A DNA stretch of 32,000 nt. It comes from Ignicoccus hospitalis KIN4/I (GTDB taxonomy: Archaea > Thermoproteota > Thermoprotei_A > Sulfolobales > Ignicoccaceae). The stretch spans positions 720,001 to 752,000 of the forward strand of contig NC_009776.1 in assembly GCF_000017945.1 (NCBI RefSeq). Direction: 5' to 3'. Made by a program: the position numbers and the translations under genes. Positions 29,963 through 32,000 of this stretch are shown in pieces (positions within the stretch are counted from its first letter, which is position 1; the number at the start of each line of letters is the position of its first letter). The notes under the pieces are model-generated. The model was not told the origin of the DNA and searched no databases. It saw nothing but the letters and a program-made list of their open reading frames with translations.

Positions 29963-32000
29963 ATGAGCAGAAGCCCGTTGGCGCTAATCGCCCTTATAAC
30001 GCTAGTGGCCGCGTGGCCGATTAATTTGACCCTGACTTACGAGAACCCTGAAGCGGCGGCGAACCTTCAGCTGCCCTACCTCAAGGTCTCCTTAAGCGCT
30101 GATTACGACCCGATATCCATGTCCTTGAGAAACGTGAGCGTTGCGGTGGACGCGGGGAGCGCCGAGGCGTCGAGGGCCGCTAAGGCGACTATAGTTTCGT
30201 ACTTGAACGGGTGCGACCTAGCGCTCAAGGCCCCTCTGCTCGTGGTCTCCGAGTGTCTGTTGAACTCCGTGAAGGACATTATATCGATGTCACTGTTGAA
30301 GTTTAGAGTCCTCGACTTGAGGGTCGGGAGCGACCTAACTGGGGTCGCCTACGCGAGCGAGGCCTCGGAAGTCACAGCCGTGGTTGCGGGAAAGGAGCTC
30401 AAGGGCTTATCGCTCTACCGCGCAAAGGCCCTCGGGGGCGGACCGGAGGAGCGGGTAAGCGCGGCCCTCTCCGGCGACAAGGCCTACTTGCGCCTCGAAG
30501 GGGCCTCCGGGCCCGCGGGGGCGCCCTCGCCTTACGCGCTAGCGCGGTGGCCCGGAGGGGCGGGCGTCATATCCTTGACTTCGGAGCCTTTGGTGGAGCC
30601 CGTGATATCGGGTAACACGGTCTTCTTCAAACTGCCCATCGTGAGGTACTTCTTAGGTTTAGAGAAGGAGGGAGGGAGCTACTTCTACTACTTCGTCCCC
30701 CCTAGGGACAGGGTGACCCTCCCCGCGGGCAACTTCAGCTTGACCTTGGGCGGCGCCGAGAGGGGGCGGGTCAAGGCCGCTTGCGCCTTGAACGTTGCGG
30801 TCCTAGCTAAGGGGACTTACTCAATAGTTCTGAGGTCTCCGTCCTACGACGTTAAGGTAAGGGCCGTCCCCTTCTCATATGTGGCCGTGCCGACCCCTTG
30901 TAACGGTTTGGCCGCCCTAAAGGTTAACGACTCCATTGCAATATTGAACCTAACAGAGGTCGCCAATAAGAACGTGGTCGTAGTGCCCGAGCCGGGCGCG
31001 TTGAGGCTGGTGAGGATAAATTCGACCGAGCCCTTCGAGGTGGTAGTAGGCAAGAGGGCGGTCTACTGTGACGCCAAATGTTATGCTCTGCTGCCGCCCC
31101 GCCAAGTGGCCTTACAAGCCGTGTCCGCGCTCAAGGGGACCACGACCTCGCTGATAATACCTCCTAGCGCGGAGGAGGTTGCGCTTTCGTTCCCGCCGGC
31201 GCCCCCCTCCAAGGGTTGCTTGGTCAAGCTGGTCTCCCCCTCGCCGGTTGAGGTAGAGGTCCAAGCGGGCCAAGCGGTCTTCAGCCTGCAAGTCACGAGG
31301 ACCCCGACTACCGTAGTCTTGCCTTGCGGCGAGGAGGTCAAGCTAAAGGTAGGTAGGTACGAGGCCCCGTTGAGGGCCTCCTCCGGCGAGTGGGTCTACT
31401 TGTGCCCCAGCCCCTATGCGCTCTCCGGCGAGAGCATCAAGATAAACACGACTATGAGACCTCCGATAAGCGTGAGCTGTGACGGAGGTCTCACGTGGGC
31501 GCTGGTAAACAACAGCACGTTCACATTCGTCAAGCCGAAGTACGCCTACGTCCTCCTTAAGGCCGTGGACTCGAACGGAAACAGCTTAGAAGTCATTATA
31601 CCAGAAGGTATAAAGGAAGTTAGCTTGAAGCCCGAGGGCGGAGGGAGGCGGACGGTCAAAGTTCCGTTGGGCGACTTGGACACCCCGGTGAAGGTGATCC
31701 TAAGGGGTATCCAGGAGGGACTGGTGACCTTGAGCAACGGGACCGCGAGCTTGAGCTACTACGTCAACGGCACGGCTTACGTGATGATACCCCGTCAGTG
31801 GGCCTCCCAGAAGCTTACCTTCAGCGTGACTACCCCCGAGGGGGCGTTGGCCAACACTACCTTGCCCCCGTTGGCCGCGGGGGAGAAGGTCACTCCGATA
31901 TATGCTATAATAAACAAGACTATGAACGTTAACTACTACAGCTTGAGGGTAGTGGTGGAGAGGGGCGGGGAAGAGGTTACTGTCCCGCTGACAGTCAACG
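29963..32000 (+). CDS. Large secreted / cell-surface protein, 5' part (at least 679 codons, continues beyond the window)
   Basis: Hand translation from ATG 29963 runs without a stop to the window end. Signal-like MSRSPLALIALITLVAAWP. More than 12 N-x-S/T sequons (NLT, NVS, NFS, NDS, NST, NTT, NGT, NKT...). Only short antisense ORFs appear in the track here. Confidence 0.75.
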   Translation, partial: MSRSPLALIALITLVAAWPINLTLTYENPEAAANLQLPYLKVSLSADYDPISMSLRNVSVAVDAGSAEASRAAKATIVSYLNGCDLALKAPLLVVSECLLNSVKDIISMSLLKFRVLDLRVGSDLTGVAYASEASEVTAVVAGKELKGLSLYRAKALGGGPEERVSAALSGDKAYLRLEGASGPAGAPSPYALARWPGGAGVISLTSEPLVEPVISGNTVFFKLPIVRYFLGLEKEGGSYFYYFVPPRDRVTLPAGNFSLTLGGAERGRVKAACALNVAVLAKGTYSIVLRSPSYDVKVRAVPFSYVAVPTPCNGLAALKVNDSIAILNLTEVANKNVVVVPEPGALRLVRINSTEPFEVVVGKRAVYCDAKCYALLPPRQVALQAVSALKGTTTSLIIPPSAEEVALSFPPAPPSKGCLVKLVSPSPVEVEVQAGQAVFSLQVTRTPTTVVLPCGEEVKLKVGRYEAPLRASSGEWVYLCPSPYALSGESIKINTTMRPPISVSCDGGLTWALVNNSTFTFVKPKYAYVLLKAVDSNGNSLEVIIPEGIKEVSLKPEGGGRRTVKVPLGDLDTPVKVILRGIQEGLVTLSNGTASLSYYVNGTAYVMIPRQWASQKLTFSVTTPEGALANTTLPPLAAGEKVTPIYAIINKTMNVNYYSLRVVVERGGEEVTVPLTVN

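Overview
This window looks like it comes from a hyperthermophilic archaeon, probably a crenarchaeote. That lineage call is inferred from several traits: very G+C-rich rRNAs beside more moderate coding DNA, AAAACTT(T)ATTA-type BRE/TATA promoters, many GTG/TTG starts, 4-26 nt gene overlaps, and archaeal marker genes (L40e, prefoldin beta, Nre, a Tes-like radical SAM enzyme). The centrepiece is an atypical rRNA locus. The 16S gene (about 8363-9800) and the 23S gene (about 11301-14366) are about 1.5 kb apart. An oppositely oriented BtpA-family CDS lies between them. Each rRNA gene has its own copy of a 185-bp, 100% identical promoter-plus-leader repeat (8105-8289 and 11068-11252). Each gene is also enclosed by its own long processing helix. 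The 16S gene appears to lack about 65 nt of helix 44. A leaderless tRNA-Ala(CGC) with an encoded CCA lies downstream of the 23S gene. The flanks carry about 35 protein genes:
- Left flank: ferredoxin, prefoldin beta, a DHH/DHHA1 phosphoesterase, a processive GT2 glycan synthase, a Zn-less TGT/DpdA-like transglycosylase overlapping a THUMP methyltransferase, and a MoaD-like ubiquitin-like protein (Ubl).
- Right flank: HypA, the Tes-like radical SAM enzyme, an ArsB/CitMHS-type permease, a CBS / creatininase-family / RCK-like cluster, an rpl40e-nucleotidyltransferase-translin-NIP7(PUA) operon, a fused AhbA/B-like siroheme decarboxylase, a tandem DUF2795-like protein, NreA, and purCSQ.
- Window end: a large secreted, sequon-rich protein that runs off the window edge and is absent from the ORF track.

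I found no CRISPR array, transposase, integrase or recognisable defence genes. All functional calls rest on motifs read by eye; no database search was possible.
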